DNA of 64,000 nt from positions 29,110 through 93,109 of the forward strand of contig JAOAEV010000025.1 of assembly GCA_026416585.1 (NCBI GenBank), given 5' to 3'. The DNA is from Chlorobiota bacterium. Lineage in GTDB: Bacteria; Bacteroidota; Ignavibacteria; Kapaibacteriales; NICIL-2. Positions 39,069-48,655 of this stretch are shown piece after piece. The translations under genes and the position numbers were made by a program. A model generated the notes under the pieces. It was not told the DNA's origin, searched no databases, and worked only from the letters and a program-made list of their open reading frames with translations. How positions within the stretch are numbered: the stretch's first letter is position 1; each line of letters opens with the position of its first letter.

Positions 39069-39491
39069 TTATCGGCGTAGTGACCGTAATCGGTCGCTCG
39101 GATCTACCAAGGATGTAATTCGAATACCGAAGTGCTTGTCTATGACAACGACCTCACCTTCGGCGATTTTGCGACCATTGACCAGTACATCCACTGGTTC
39201 GCTGACAAGTTTGTCGAATTCGACCACAGAGCCACGTGTGAGACGAAGAATATCCCGGATCATCATCGTTGTTCGTCCCAGCTCAATCGAAAGAACCAGC
39301 TGTAAGTCGTAAAGCAAATCAAGCTTGGGATTGAGCCCTTGTGCATTCTGTTGTGCTGACTCTGAACCCGTCGTATTGTCAAGTTCACTAAAAGTAGGCT
39401 CCGAAACGACTACCTTTTCCTGCTCGGACTGCGAGGACTGCTCTGGCATTGCCTTGAGCATTGCATCAATTTCGTCTTGTGTCAGTGTCAT
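39069..39491 (-). CDS. fliN: flagellar motor switch protein FliN
   Basis: C-terminal SpoA domain (LSIELGRTTMMIRDILRLTRGSVVEFDK...VLVNGRKIAEGEVVVI). Start moved to ATG 39491, 20 nt after the fliM stop. Confidence 0.88.
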   Translation of the reverse strand: MTLTQDEIDAMLKAMPEQSSQSEQEKVVVSEPTFSELDNTTGSESAQQNAQGLNPKLDLLYDLQLVLSIELGRTTMMIRDILRLTRGSVVEFDKLVSEPVDVLVNGRKIAEGEVVVIDKHFGIRITSLVDPSDRLRSLRR

Positions 39492-39510
39492 TGAACTATC
39501 ATCAAAAGTG

Positions 39511-40512
39511 TTACTTGCTGTATAGAAGGACTTCTTCAGAACTAAGGATGCGCGTGATGCGTACCGCTTTGTGGTTATCAACTTTGCCTGGGCGTCCAGC
39601 AAAGCGCGGTCTATTGTCAATTTTTATCGGTAATTCACCAGTAATCTCTGTATCAAGTTTGAGAACGTCTCCGATACTGAGTTCGAGCAACTCACCAACG
39701 GTAATGGTAGCTTTACCTAATTCAGCAGTGATCGGCAGCTCGAGCACACTCAACAATTGCTGAAGGATTTGTGCGCTTTCTTGCTCACGGTTTCGGCGCC
39801 TGCCGGCGATTTGCGCACTGAGTGTTTCCGTGTTTAGGCGGGCAATGACCTCCTCAAGCGCAAACGTCGGATAACATACGTTCATTACAAAGGCATTGAG
39901 CCCTATGCTAACATCGAACGAGACAACCAAAACAATCTCTGAGGCAGGCGCAATCTGTACAAAATCTGGCTCGCTCTCGAACCGATTGTAGCGAAACGTG
40001 CACTCGGTCACCGATTTCCACGCCGACGACAAATCGGTGAGAATATGCTCAACTACTCCACGTAATACAGCCTGCTCGATTGGTGTAATCGAGCGTGGTT
40101 TGCGTTGCTGTTGTTCGGCACTTCCCCCCAGCAGGCGCTCAATGAGTGTCAACGCTAATGGCGGACCAATCTCAAGAACACCGCTTCCATCGGCTCCCTC
40201 GATATCAAACACATAGAGACAGTTAGGGTTGGTAACTGAGAGAATGTACTCGGAATAGAACAACTGATCAACCGACGTGACATTGACCGTTGCAACGGTC
40301 TGGAGCTTCGAAACAAAGTAATAGCTCAGAGTTTCGGCAAACGTCTCGTGGATATTCTGGATAGTGCGGAGTTGGTTCTTGGAAATCCGATTCGGGCGTC
40401 GAAAATCATAGCTTGCAACATCCCGACGCATTGTAGGATCGCTGCCGAGGACTTCCTCCTTTGCTGCTTGCAGGAGACTATCAATTTCCTCTTGTGTCAA
40501 ATACTCTGGCAT
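39511..40512 (-). CDS. fliM: flagellar motor switch protein FliM
   Basis: N-terminal LTQEEIDSLL CheY-P-binding-like motif. 333 aa with a C-terminal SpoA-like domain. Confidence 0.88.
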   Translation of the reverse strand: MPEYLTQEEIDSLLQAAKEEVLGSDPTMRRDVASYDFRRPNRISKNQLRTIQNIHETFAETLSYYFVSKLQTVATVNVTSVDQLFYSEYILSVTNPNCLYVFDIEGADGSGVLEIGPPLALTLIERLLGGSAEQQQRKPRSITPIEQAVLRGVVEHILTDLSSAWKSVTECTFRYNRFESEPDFVQIAPASEIVLVVSFDVSIGLNAFVMNVCYPTFALEEVIARLNTETLSAQIAGRRRNREQESAQILQQLLSVLELPITAELGKATITVGELLELSIGDVLKLDTEITGELPIKIDNRPRFAGRPGKVDNHKAVRITRILSSEEVLLYSK

Positions 40513-40518
40513 CGGCTA

Positions 40519-41088
40519 CTATTGAATGACGAACTTCGGGAAATACACGTTGCGTAGCTTGACACCATCGAATGCATTGAAATACGGCTTGAGATCATTC
40601 CGAATGATGGTTCGCAACGAATCACGCACCTTGATATCCTGGAGCTCTTCGAGTGTATAGCTCGATACACGCGCGATGATTCTATCTTGAATGGGAATCA
40701 TCAGCTTTTCTTCAACCTCTTTAGCCTTCTCTGCAGGAGATACTTCGATACCGACCGAGAGTACTACAATGTGCGACGCAGAACCGCGAGGATTGATGTA
40801 TAGGTCCGACTTCGGCGCAATGATACCCTCAACTTTTTGCACCAAGATCGGTCCGCTCTCCTCGTCGTCGGTGGAATCGGATTCTACCGACGTTGTTTGC
40901 TGGTGGGTAGGCTGACTTTTATCTGCGGACGGAGCAAAGATCTTCAGCGCAGCTAACACAATACCTGCTTGTACGACAATAATACCTAAGATGATGCCGA
41001 TAAGCACTGGCAAACGTATGCCTCGCTTTGGCTGCTCTTCGGAAGCAGTAGGTTCAAGTTCCTGATCTGACATTACTCGATCCTCCAT
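40519..41088 (-). CDS. fliL: flagellar basal body-associated protein FliL
   Basis: Single TM segment (LPVLIGIILGIIVVQAGIVLAAL) followed by a FliL-like periplasmic domain. It sits immediately upstream of fliM. Confidence 0.75.
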   Translation of the reverse strand: MEDRVMSDQELEPTASEEQPKRGIRLPVLIGIILGIIVVQAGIVLAALKIFAPSADKSQPTHQQTTSVESDSTDDEESGPILVQKVEGIIAPKSDLYINPRGSASHIVVLSVGIEVSPAEKAKEVEEKLMIPIQDRIIARVSSYTLEELQDIKVRDSLRTIIRNDLKPYFNAFDGVKLRNVYFPKFVIQ

Positions 41089-41190
41089 GATGGAACCGCT
41101 TAGATACACGGAAAAAGTGTGCCAATTCTGGCAGAAAGTATCGGCATCACCATAAAAAACTGTTGCACAACTCCTACACGAGAGTAACAG

Positions 41191-41198
41191 TAAATTTG
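41191..41198 (+). promoter_or_regulatory. -7 box (TAAATTTG) for the vWA-OmpA-SPOR gene
   Basis: Perfect TAnnTTTG match, 25 nt upstream of ATG 41223. Confidence 0.4.
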
Positions 41199-41222
41199 TT
41201 TACGGATCGATTGGTACCAACG

Positions 41223-42851
41223 ATGGCGTCACCGACACAGAACCTTCTTATATCCTGGGCAGCCATACTGCTCATCCTAACAGCGAATTTGCTTGCCCAG
41301 GATGAGAGTGCGACGATTCAGACGGGAAGCCTGCCTACTGGCGCGTACACTCTGCCGCCATGCACAAGTCGTTCGGCAACTCTACGGTCAGTGTTTCCGT
41401 ACCCGGTGACCTCAGGCGCGATTGCGCAACTGCGACTGCTCGGTCTGCGATTACCATCAGCCGACGATGATCTACTCACAATCCGGTGTGCATTGCTTGA
41501 TAGTGCAGGAAATGCACTTTCACTCACCGATGATGTACAATGGACATTGCATGGAAAAAGCCTCGATGGCTGGGAATACTCTGCTGCGATTCCACCGCCT
41601 CCACCGCCCGCTCCATGGATAGAAAGACAACTTCATATCGCTGTCGTCATCGAAGCATCGCTCCAAAGCGCACCCTACCGGGAGATCCTCATAGAATCGC
41701 TCGCGCAGCTTGACTCGGCGCTCGGTCCATACGATTCAGTGACTGTCGTGGGGGCATCTACAACACCAACTCTACTAGGACACTGCACAGCACAGAACGC
41801 ATACACTGCTATACATGCAGCCGCCGAGAGGCTTCAGTTCGCAGGACTCAATCGGCTCACATACGCGATGCTATGGACTGTGATAAGGTATTCCCCAACA
41901 GTACTGCTGGTGGTCTCAGCGAGCAACGACCACGCGTCGCTCGACGTATTTACCGACGATGTCCTGGCCGAAGTTCGTCGCCGAAACATCCGAGTGTATT
42001 GTATTACTGTCGGTGAGAATATCGAACCGACCCCACTAGAAATTCTCTCAACCTACAGCGGAGGGAAATGCTACCGAATTTTCCCGGGCAATAGCGCATA
42101 TCTTAGGAGCGCTGTTGTTGAAGCTATTCGTAGCGAGCAGGTCGGCAGCATACTTCAACATCGGATGACTCCTCAATCCGCCGGACACATAGCTGTAGGC
42201 GGGACAATCACACTGGCTATTGCCACTCAGCGCACTAAATTCACGGATTCGCTTACTATTCCGCCGCGCTCTGCAAGCAATCCTCTGCGACAAATCATCG
42301 CGCTCTTCGAGAAAGATTCGATACAACTTGACACGCACTACATGCCTATCATCGAGACCCTTTCGGAGCTACTCAAAGCCAATCCACATGAGGAAATTGA
42401 ATTGATTGCGCATGCCTACCGAGAAGGACCACCATCAGAACAGCGCCGTTTGGCGCTTGAGCGTGCACGCACCGTCAAAGCAGCACTTATCGAGCGTGGG
42501 GTCGAACGAGAACGAATTCACTTGCGTGCTCTTGGAGATCTCAAGCCGCTGTACCCATCTGCAGAGATAATATCAGAGATGATGCTTAACCGCCGAGTCG
42601 AATTGCGCTGGCTTTCTCCTGCTTTGCTGCCCTACGAACTTGTTGTCGGCTACGTCACGAGCGAGCGCGACGCCCTTCAGATGATCGAACTATGGGCTGC
42701 ACGCGGCTATAATGCCTATGCCGAAGATGTTGTTGTCAATGGTCAGCCTGCATTGCGTGTCAAGCTCTGGGGATATGCCACTCGCAAGCAGGCAATCGAC
42801 ATTGCACGCCAAGTACAGAATCGGTACAACATCTCCGTCACGATCGAATAG
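41223..42851 (+). CDS. secreted vWA-like / OmpA-like / SPOR three-domain protein
   Basis: Signal peptide MASPTQNLLISWAAILLILTANLLAQ and a PPPPPPAP linker. The vWA-like region has a degenerate MIDAS (VVIEASLQS). OmpA_C motifs are present (ERARTVKAAL...NRRVELRW). The C-terminal SPOR domain reads YELVVGY...ALRVKLWGYATRKQA. Confidence 0.8.
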   Translation: MASPTQNLLISWAAILLILTANLLAQDESATIQTGSLPTGAYTLPPCTSRSATLRSVFPYPVTSGAIAQLRLLGLRLPSADDDLLTIRCALLDSAGNALSLTDDVQWTLHGKSLDGWEYSAAIPPPPPPAPWIERQLHIAVVIEASLQSAPYREILIESLAQLDSALGPYDSVTVVGASTTPTLLGHCTAQNAYTAIHAAAERLQFAGLNRLTYAMLWTVIRYSPTVLLVVSASNDHASLDVFTDDVLAEVRRRNIRVYCITVGENIEPTPLEILSTYSGGKCYRIFPGNSAYLRSAVVEAIRSEQVGSILQHRMTPQSAGHIAVGGTITLAIATQRTKFTDSLTIPPRSASNPLRQIIALFEKDSIQLDTHYMPIIETLSELLKANPHEEIELIAHAYREGPPSEQRRLALERARTVKAALIERGVERERIHLRALGDLKPLYPSAEIISEMMLNRRVELRWLSPALLPYELVVGYVTSERDALQMIELWAARGYNAYAEDVVVNGQPALRVKLWGYATRKQAIDIARQVQNRYNISVTIE

Positions 42852-43578
42852 GAACGCGCCGGTGATGCGCAGCAATGACTAATACTTCTCGAAATGTGCG
42901 GATGGTATCGCGAATTGCTCGGACACGTGTTCGCTCGTCATTGTACCACACAACAGGGATTTGCTCGATGCGCAAGCCGAGCTGCTCGGCGATATAGATC
43001 ATTTCGATATCGAATGCGAACCCGTCCACAATAGCACGGGAAAAGATCTTCTCAGTTGCATCGGCTGTGCATCCTTTGAAGCCACATTGGGTATCGTTGT
43101 ACCCTCGGAGCAAAGTCAACTGCACAAGCTTATTGCCCACGATTCCGATCAGCTCTCGGTACCATGGTTGATGTTTTTTGATAGATCCTGGCTCAAGCCG
43201 CCGACTACCGATGACAACATCGGCACCACATTCAAAGGCAGCAAACATTTTTTCCAGTTCTACAATTGGCGTTGATAAATCAGCATCGGTAAAAACCCGA
43301 TACAGGCCACTGGCAAGGAGCATACCTGTCCGCACGGCTGCACCCTTGCCCATGTTTACAACTAACGAATGGACTTGGACCTTGGAAGTAAACACCGCTG
43401 CACGGTGAGCCGTTTCGTCCTTCGAGCCGTCGTCTATGACGAGAACCTCCCACGAATACGCTTGCCTATCGAGGTAATCAAGTACCGTACGAAGCGTTGT
43501 TTCAATACGCTCTTGTTCGTTGTACGCCGGAATGATCAGCGATAGATATGGTACGTTTCTGCTTGCATCGTGGCTCAT
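42838..43578 (-). CDS. GT2 polyprenyl/dolichyl-phosphate sugar synthase-like glycosyltransferase
   Basis: LSLIIPAYNE...VIDDGSKD...TDADLS...GSRR...DTQCGFK is the Dpm1/Alg5/GtrB-like pattern. 246 aa. Confidence 0.85.
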   Translation of the reverse strand: MSHDASRNVPYLSLIIPAYNEQERIETTLRTVLDYLDRQAYSWEVLVIDDGSKDETAHRAAVFTSKVQVHSLVVNMGKGAAVRTGMLLASGLYRVFTDADLSTPIVELEKMFAAFECGADVVIGSRRLEPGSIKKHQPWYRELIGIVGNKLVQLTLLRGYNDTQCGFKGCTADATEKIFSRAIVDGFAFDIEMIYIAEQLGLRIEQIPVVWYNDERTRVRAIRDTIRTFREVLVIAAHHRRVPIRS

Positions 43579-43579
43579 A

Positions 43580-46500
43580 TCACGAGCTTTTCTGACCGTC
43601 GAGCAAAAGCCGTACGTCGAAGATTAGACGGCGCAGATCCCCGACATATGGTTGTTTGCTGGGCTGCTGCATGTACTCGACTTGCAATTGCTCGAGCCTG
43701 GTTAGTGCCTCAGCGTAGCGCTTTTGCAATAACAACTCCCATACAGGCAAGAGCTCGCGACGAATCGGTATGCGCGGATCGTCACCGGCAATCGTTTGGT
43801 ATGCATCGAGTGTCCGCTTAGCGTCTTCGATACGACCGAGCAGAACATAAGCATCGGCAAGATAGATGTGCGGTGCATAGTACGGACTACGAGCACCGCT
43901 TTCATAGTCAGCATACGTGGGGTTATTGATGATTTGTGTAGTGCGTTCAACAATGCGTTTGGCGAAAAGTTGTGCTTTGTCAAGTTGATCGCATGCCCAG
44001 TAAAACTCAGCGATATTTTGCATGTCGATGTAGTTGATTGGGAATTGTTCCGGTGAAATGGCCGTGTTCATTCGATCAAGAACTGCTACTGCTCCTGCAC
44101 GGTCGCGACGTTCTTGCAGCAGAAACGCTGTATACTGAAGAAAGAGGCGACGATATGTATCTAAATAGTTTCGCGTCGGCTCGTCGTAATAAACGCCGCT
44201 CCCATTGAGGTTACGAAACTTGAAGCCATAATGTGGCTCAGTGTATGCGACATCAGCTTTGATATCGGTCATCAAACACAATTTCATCACACTGTCGTTG
44301 ATTGCCATCCCCCCTGCATTGGGACGCTGCGGTACGGGGCAAACACGATATGCCATCCCTTCTAACCGAAGGTAGTCGCCCAATCCGACGAACACATCGC
44401 TGCCGGGATAGCCAACGGTAACCGAAAAGTAAATTGGGCGAGTAAAGCGCGACGTCTCGATAATGTTGCGAACGAGCTTATCTTGAACACGAATCAAATA
44501 CAGTGGCTGGCCACCCTCAGTACCGTAGCGCTGCCCAGAAAATGTCCACTCCATGTAGCCGCGATTGATGTATGCGGTATCGGCGATGAATTGGCGCAGA
44601 ATCTCACGAGCAACTGGAACCCGAACGACCTCTGCCTGCCCGAGCGAATAGGTCAATGCCTGATCGCTATTTTCATCGGTACGCAGCATAGAATCGGGGA
44701 ATGAAATCGGCACTTTCTTGGCACCCCACGGCTCGAGATTCTTGAGCTGGTCAATGTACCAGAGCGTATTCCCTAAGCTCAAGTTGACGACGCGAACATC
44801 TCGTCGGATACCGGCCACATCCTGCAGATACCAGAGCGGGAAGGTATCGTTATCGCCATTAGTGAAGAGTATTGCGTCACGCTCACAGCTTTGGAGGATG
44901 TTGTACGAATAGTCGAATGGCACATAGTTCCCTGCGCGAGAGTGAATAGGCCAGCCACCGATCGCCATGTTGACCGGCACTGCAATCAGTGCAGCAATAG
45001 TTCCAACCGATGCGGCAGCCATCGAGGGTAGGCGTTGCCGTAGCTGCTCGATAAGCGCATAGGTCCCAACACCGATCCACAGACACCAGACCATGAATGA
45101 ACCGGCATAGAAATAGTCGCGCTCGCGGGGCTGGGGCTCTTGCTGATTCTGTGCAATCGCAGCGATCACTCCCATCATTAGGAACATAACCAAATAGACA
45201 AACCAGATTGCGCGGTTGGCACGCATGTGGTAGAAAAATCCAATCAAGCCAACCACGAGTGGCAGTGCAAAAAATCGTACAGGGAAACGATCTCGATAGC
45301 CACTGTTGAAATTCTTGATGTCTGCTTCCTTCGTCGAAATAAACGTCCAGCCTGCATCCTGCAGGTCGCTACTTCGCCCAACAAAGTTCCACATGAAATA
45401 GCGGATGTACATGTGGTTGATTTGATACTGCCACAGGTAATTAAGCTCACCCGCATAGTTCAGTCGCTTCAGCTCGGGGATACTCACGATTCTGCCGTCC
45501 TTACGTGTAACTTGCTTCGAGCTCGGCTCATACCACTTTCCGTATTTCCGATAGTTGCTGATTTTTTGCGGGTCTTGCATTTCGTAGCGACGCGGGAACA
45601 GCAGAGGTGCTTCTCCGTATTGCTCCCGTCCCAAGTACGAGACAAGGGCACGGAATGTTTTCGGGCTGTTTTCATTCATCGGTGGATCGGCATTTGCACG
45701 CAACAGTACATGGGTATACGTCGTATAGCCGAGCAGCATCAGCAGAAATGCCGCGCAAGCCAGCTGCACCATCGGCTTGGCACGCTTGGCACCGTAGTAC
45801 ACACCATAACCTATAGCTGCAATCAAACCAATTGCCAGCAAGCGAACCCATGTTTCGTTTTCCACATAGTACTCACGCAGCTCGTTCTTGAACGGAAGAT
45901 TTCCCGCCAACAACGTCGGTACCCACATGAGTATCACTTTGTAAACCAAATAGAATGCAACTAACCCAATCAAACTGGCGACAATGAAGCTTTTTGTTGA
46001 TGTCGGATAGCGACGGAAGTACACCAGGTATACAATTGAGAAAATCGCCAAGATCGAAAGCAAGTGTACACCGGTTGACAAGCCAATTAGATAGGCGATT
46101 GCCAGTAGATAGCGTTCGTTTCCTGGATTGTCAGCTTCCTCGTTCCACCGCATCATCAAGTACACAATGATTTGTACCAGCAGCGAAGACATTGCATACA
46201 CTTCCGACTCTACCCCATTGAACCAAAACGTATCCGAAAAATTCAATGCCAGTGCACCAACAAGCGCTGAACCACACACGGTCAAGGCATCTACTGTCCC
46301 TTCGATTGCTTTGGATCGAAAATGTACAATGACTTTGACAATCGTCAAGTAGAGTAGCCACACCGTCAGCGCCGAGGCAACCACCGATACAAAGTTGATA
46401 CGAATGCCAGTATCCCACACCGGCTGACCGCCTATTGGCAACAACAAGTGAAATATTCTGCCGATTGCCAGAAAAAATGGTGCACCGGGTGGATGTGGCA

Positions 46501-46654
46501 CTTGCTGCCATGCTGCAGCCGCAGAGAATTCACCACAATCCCAAAAAGGTACTGTCGGTTGAACTGTAAGCGAGTACGTCACAAGCGAAACAAGCAGTGC
46601 AAGTGCAGCAAAACCGCGATGAATCCACTGTGCCGCCTTTTCCATTGTCTGCAT
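43580..46654 (-). CDS. DUF2723 family membrane protein (GT-C-like) with C-terminal TPR region
   Basis: N-terminal FWDCGEF and PHPPGAPFF signatures, more than 10 TM segments, a large periplasmic domain and TPR-like C-terminal helices. It lies 1 nt upstream of the GT2 gene. Confidence 0.85.
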   Translation of the reverse strand: MQTMEKAAQWIHRGFAALALLVSLVTYSLTVQPTVPFWDCGEFSAAAAWQQVPHPPGAPFFLAIGRIFHLLLPIGGQPVWDTGIRINFVSVVASALTVWLLYLTIVKVIVHFRSKAIEGTVDALTVCGSALVGALALNFSDTFWFNGVESEVYAMSSLLVQIIVYLMMRWNEEADNPGNERYLLAIAYLIGLSTGVHLLSILAIFSIVYLVYFRRYPTSTKSFIVASLIGLVAFYLVYKVILMWVPTLLAGNLPFKNELREYYVENETWVRLLAIGLIAAIGYGVYYGAKRAKPMVQLACAAFLLMLLGYTTYTHVLLRANADPPMNENSPKTFRALVSYLGREQYGEAPLLFPRRYEMQDPQKISNYRKYGKWYEPSSKQVTRKDGRIVSIPELKRLNYAGELNYLWQYQINHMYIRYFMWNFVGRSSDLQDAGWTFISTKEADIKNFNSGYRDRFPVRFFALPLVVGLIGFFYHMRANRAIWFVYLVMFLMMGVIAAIAQNQQEPQPRERDYFYAGSFMVWCLWIGVGTYALIEQLRQRLPSMAAASVGTIAALIAVPVNMAIGGWPIHSRAGNYVPFDYSYNILQSCERDAILFTNGDNDTFPLWYLQDVAGIRRDVRVVNLSLGNTLWYIDQLKNLEPWGAKKVPISFPDSMLRTDENSDQALTYSLGQAEVVRVPVAREILRQFIADTAYINRGYMEWTFSGQRYGTEGGQPLYLIRVQDKLVRNIIETSRFTRPIYFSVTVGYPGSDVFVGLGDYLRLEGMAYRVCPVPQRPNAGGMAINDSVMKLCLMTDIKADVAYTEPHYGFKFRNLNGSGVYYDEPTRNYLDTYRRLFLQYTAFLLQERRDRAGAVAVLDRMNTAISPEQFPINYIDMQNIAEFYWACDQLDKAQLFAKRIVERTTQIINNPTYADYESGARSPYYAPHIYLADAYVLLGRIEDAKRTLDAYQTIAGDDPRIPIRRELLPVWELLLQKRYAEALTRLEQLQVEYMQQPSKQPYVGDLRRLIFDVRLLLDGQKSS

Positions 46655-46696
46655 TGGTGTTATTCGACGATATACAACAAAACATAGCGGTGCAAT

Positions 46697-47875
46697 CTAC
46701 AAAACCGCTGCTTCTGTGGTGGCGTGTTCAAGGACGTTGAGTAGCTCCAGCGTGAGAGCATCGCACAGAGAATAGCCAGATGGATTGAGACACAAGCGCC
46801 TACCATCGCATGTCGCCAATCCTTGTCGTTGCCAGTCGGCAATCACCGCGGCAACAGGTCCGGTAGTTGTCGAGCAGTTGTAGAGACTCTCCAGCGTTGC
46901 CAGCTCAATTCCATCAGCACGCAAAGCAAGAAATACCGCCTCACTCCGCTGTTGTTCGACGGTCAAGTGCTCAGTCATTGCAACAGGAAATTGACGTCGA
47001 GCAAGCAACTCGACGTAGCGCGCAACACTGCGGATGTTGCTCCAGCGCGTGTTATCCCAATGGCTGTGTGCGGAGGGACCAAAGCCGAGATACTCGCCCC
47101 GATGCCAATAAAGTAAATTGTGCCGACATTCTTTGCCCGGCCGTGCGAAATTTGATACCTCATACTGCTGATAGCCTTGTTCGGCGAGAAACGATGTCGT
47201 CTGTAAGAAAAACTCTGCTTCCACATCGTCTGTAAGCGGGACAATTTCGCCTCGCTGTAACTTGTGGTATAAGGGTGTCGCAGGTTCGTACACCAAGCTA
47301 TATGCCGAAATATGCTCCGGCTCAAGTGCACATGCACGCTTAAGACTTGCCAGGCATGTTGTTATGCTTTGCCCTGGCAGGGCATACATAATATCTACGT
47401 TAATGTTGTCGAAACCGGCGCGGCGAGCCATTTCCACTGCATGTTCTGCTTGGTGCGGAGAGTGAATGCGCTCGAGAAAATTGAGTTCACCTTCGTCGAA
47501 CGATTGTACGCCGAAGCTGATGCGATTGATGCCGATCATGCGATAGGCATACAACTTCTCGAGTGTAACCGTTCCTGGATTAGCTTCGATTGTCCACTCA
47601 ACATCCGCTGCAACGTAAAATGAATCTGTCAGTACTCGGGAAACCTGTTCAGTCTGCGCAATGCTCAGGAGCGAGGGCGTACCGCCACCCCAAAAAATGG
47701 AGCGTACTTCAGCGTCGCTACCGAACTGTTGGCTCCGGAAACGAATTTCTTCGCATAGCGCCTGGACAAAACGCTCCATCCCATCGAGTGTCACGATAGA
47801 GTAAAAGTCACAATATGAACACTTGTGCTGACAAAATGGAATGTGTAGGTATAAGCCGATTGAGCGTTGCTTCAT
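46697..47875 (-). CDS. hemW: radical SAM heme chaperone HemW (HemN-like)
   Basis: LYLHIPFCQHKCSYCDF radical-SAM motif and HNLLYW. ATG 47875 forms an ATGA overlap with the lepB stop. Confidence 0.9.
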   Translation of the reverse strand: MKQRSIGLYLHIPFCQHKCSYCDFYSIVTLDGMERFVQALCEEIRFRSQQFGSDAEVRSIFWGGGTPSLLSIAQTEQVSRVLTDSFYVAADVEWTIEANPGTVTLEKLYAYRMIGINRISFGVQSFDEGELNFLERIHSPHQAEHAVEMARRAGFDNINVDIMYALPGQSITTCLASLKRACALEPEHISAYSLVYEPATPLYHKLQRGEIVPLTDDVEAEFFLQTTSFLAEQGYQQYEVSNFARPGKECRHNLLYWHRGEYLGFGPSAHSHWDNTRWSNIRSVARYVELLARRQFPVAMTEHLTVEQQRSEAVFLALRADGIELATLESLYNCSTTTGPVAAVIADWQRQGLATCDGRRLCLNPSGYSLCDALTLELLNVLEHATTEAAVL

Positions 47876-48606
47876 TGTGGCACTGTTCCGAAACGTTCCC
47901 ACCGAATCGTACCGAGAGTCGGGCTTTTTGACCAAAGAACCAAGACCGGCTTGCCGATGATATCCATCTCGCTAACAAAACCCCAGTAACGCGAATCGAA
48001 GCTATTCGACCGATGATCACCGAGGACGTAGTAATGGTCGCTGACGAATGTGTATTTAGATCGGAGTTGCCCATCGAGCAAGACAACGTTGCGAACACAT
48101 TCGAGACGACATCCTTCACGTTCGATAAATGGACGCCAATACTCAGCATTTTTGGGTGATAGCTCGATCGTCATCCCGGCAGCCGGCACGACGACTGCTC
48201 CTGCATAACGCTGCTGCGGAGTAGTACGCATCCGCCGTTTTGCACGGTAGGCATAGACACTATCTCCGACCACCCAAAGTGTATCACCTGGCATCCCAAC
48301 AATTCGCTTGACAAAATAATCTGGTTCAGTTGGGTATTCCGCATGGTAGGCAAAGCGAAATACCACGACGTCGCCACGACGTGGCTTGCTCCATTGAATG
48401 CGGATCGGGCGCGAAAGGACAATATCCGTCAGCGGCACTGTTGGAGGCACACCGAGCCAATATCCTAGCTTATTTACTAGCACAACATCACCAGCGAATA
48501 AAGACGGTTCCATCGAGCGGGTTGGGATGACGTATATACTGAACCCAACAGTTCGCACTACGAACGCAACAGTCACTGAACTCACTAGCAGTAACAAGAG
48601 CGGCAC
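47872..48606 (-). CDS. lepB: signal peptidase I (second copy; start uncertain)
   Basis: IPTRSMEPSL, RGDVVVF, KRIVGMPGD and GDHRSNSFDSRYWG motifs. There is no ATG after the upstream stop, so GTG 48606 is proposed. The maximal ORF reaches 49176 inside the upstream gene. Confidence 0.8.
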   Translation of the reverse strand: MPLLLLLVSSVTVAFVVRTVGFSIYVIPTRSMEPSLFAGDVVLVNKLGYWLGVPPTVPLTDIVLSRPIRIQWSKPRRGDVVVFRFAYHAEYPTEPDYFVKRIVGMPGDTLWVVGDSVYAYRAKRRMRTTPQQRYAGAVVVPAAGMTIELSPKNAEYWRPFIEREGCRLECVRNVVLLDGQLRSKYTFVSDHYYVLGDHRSNSFDSRYWGFVSEMDIIGKPVLVLWSKSPTLGTIRWERFGTVPQ

Positions 48607-48655
48607 TCTACTTTTCGGTGCCAGCTCAACCTCTGTATGACCGGAATCATCACAA

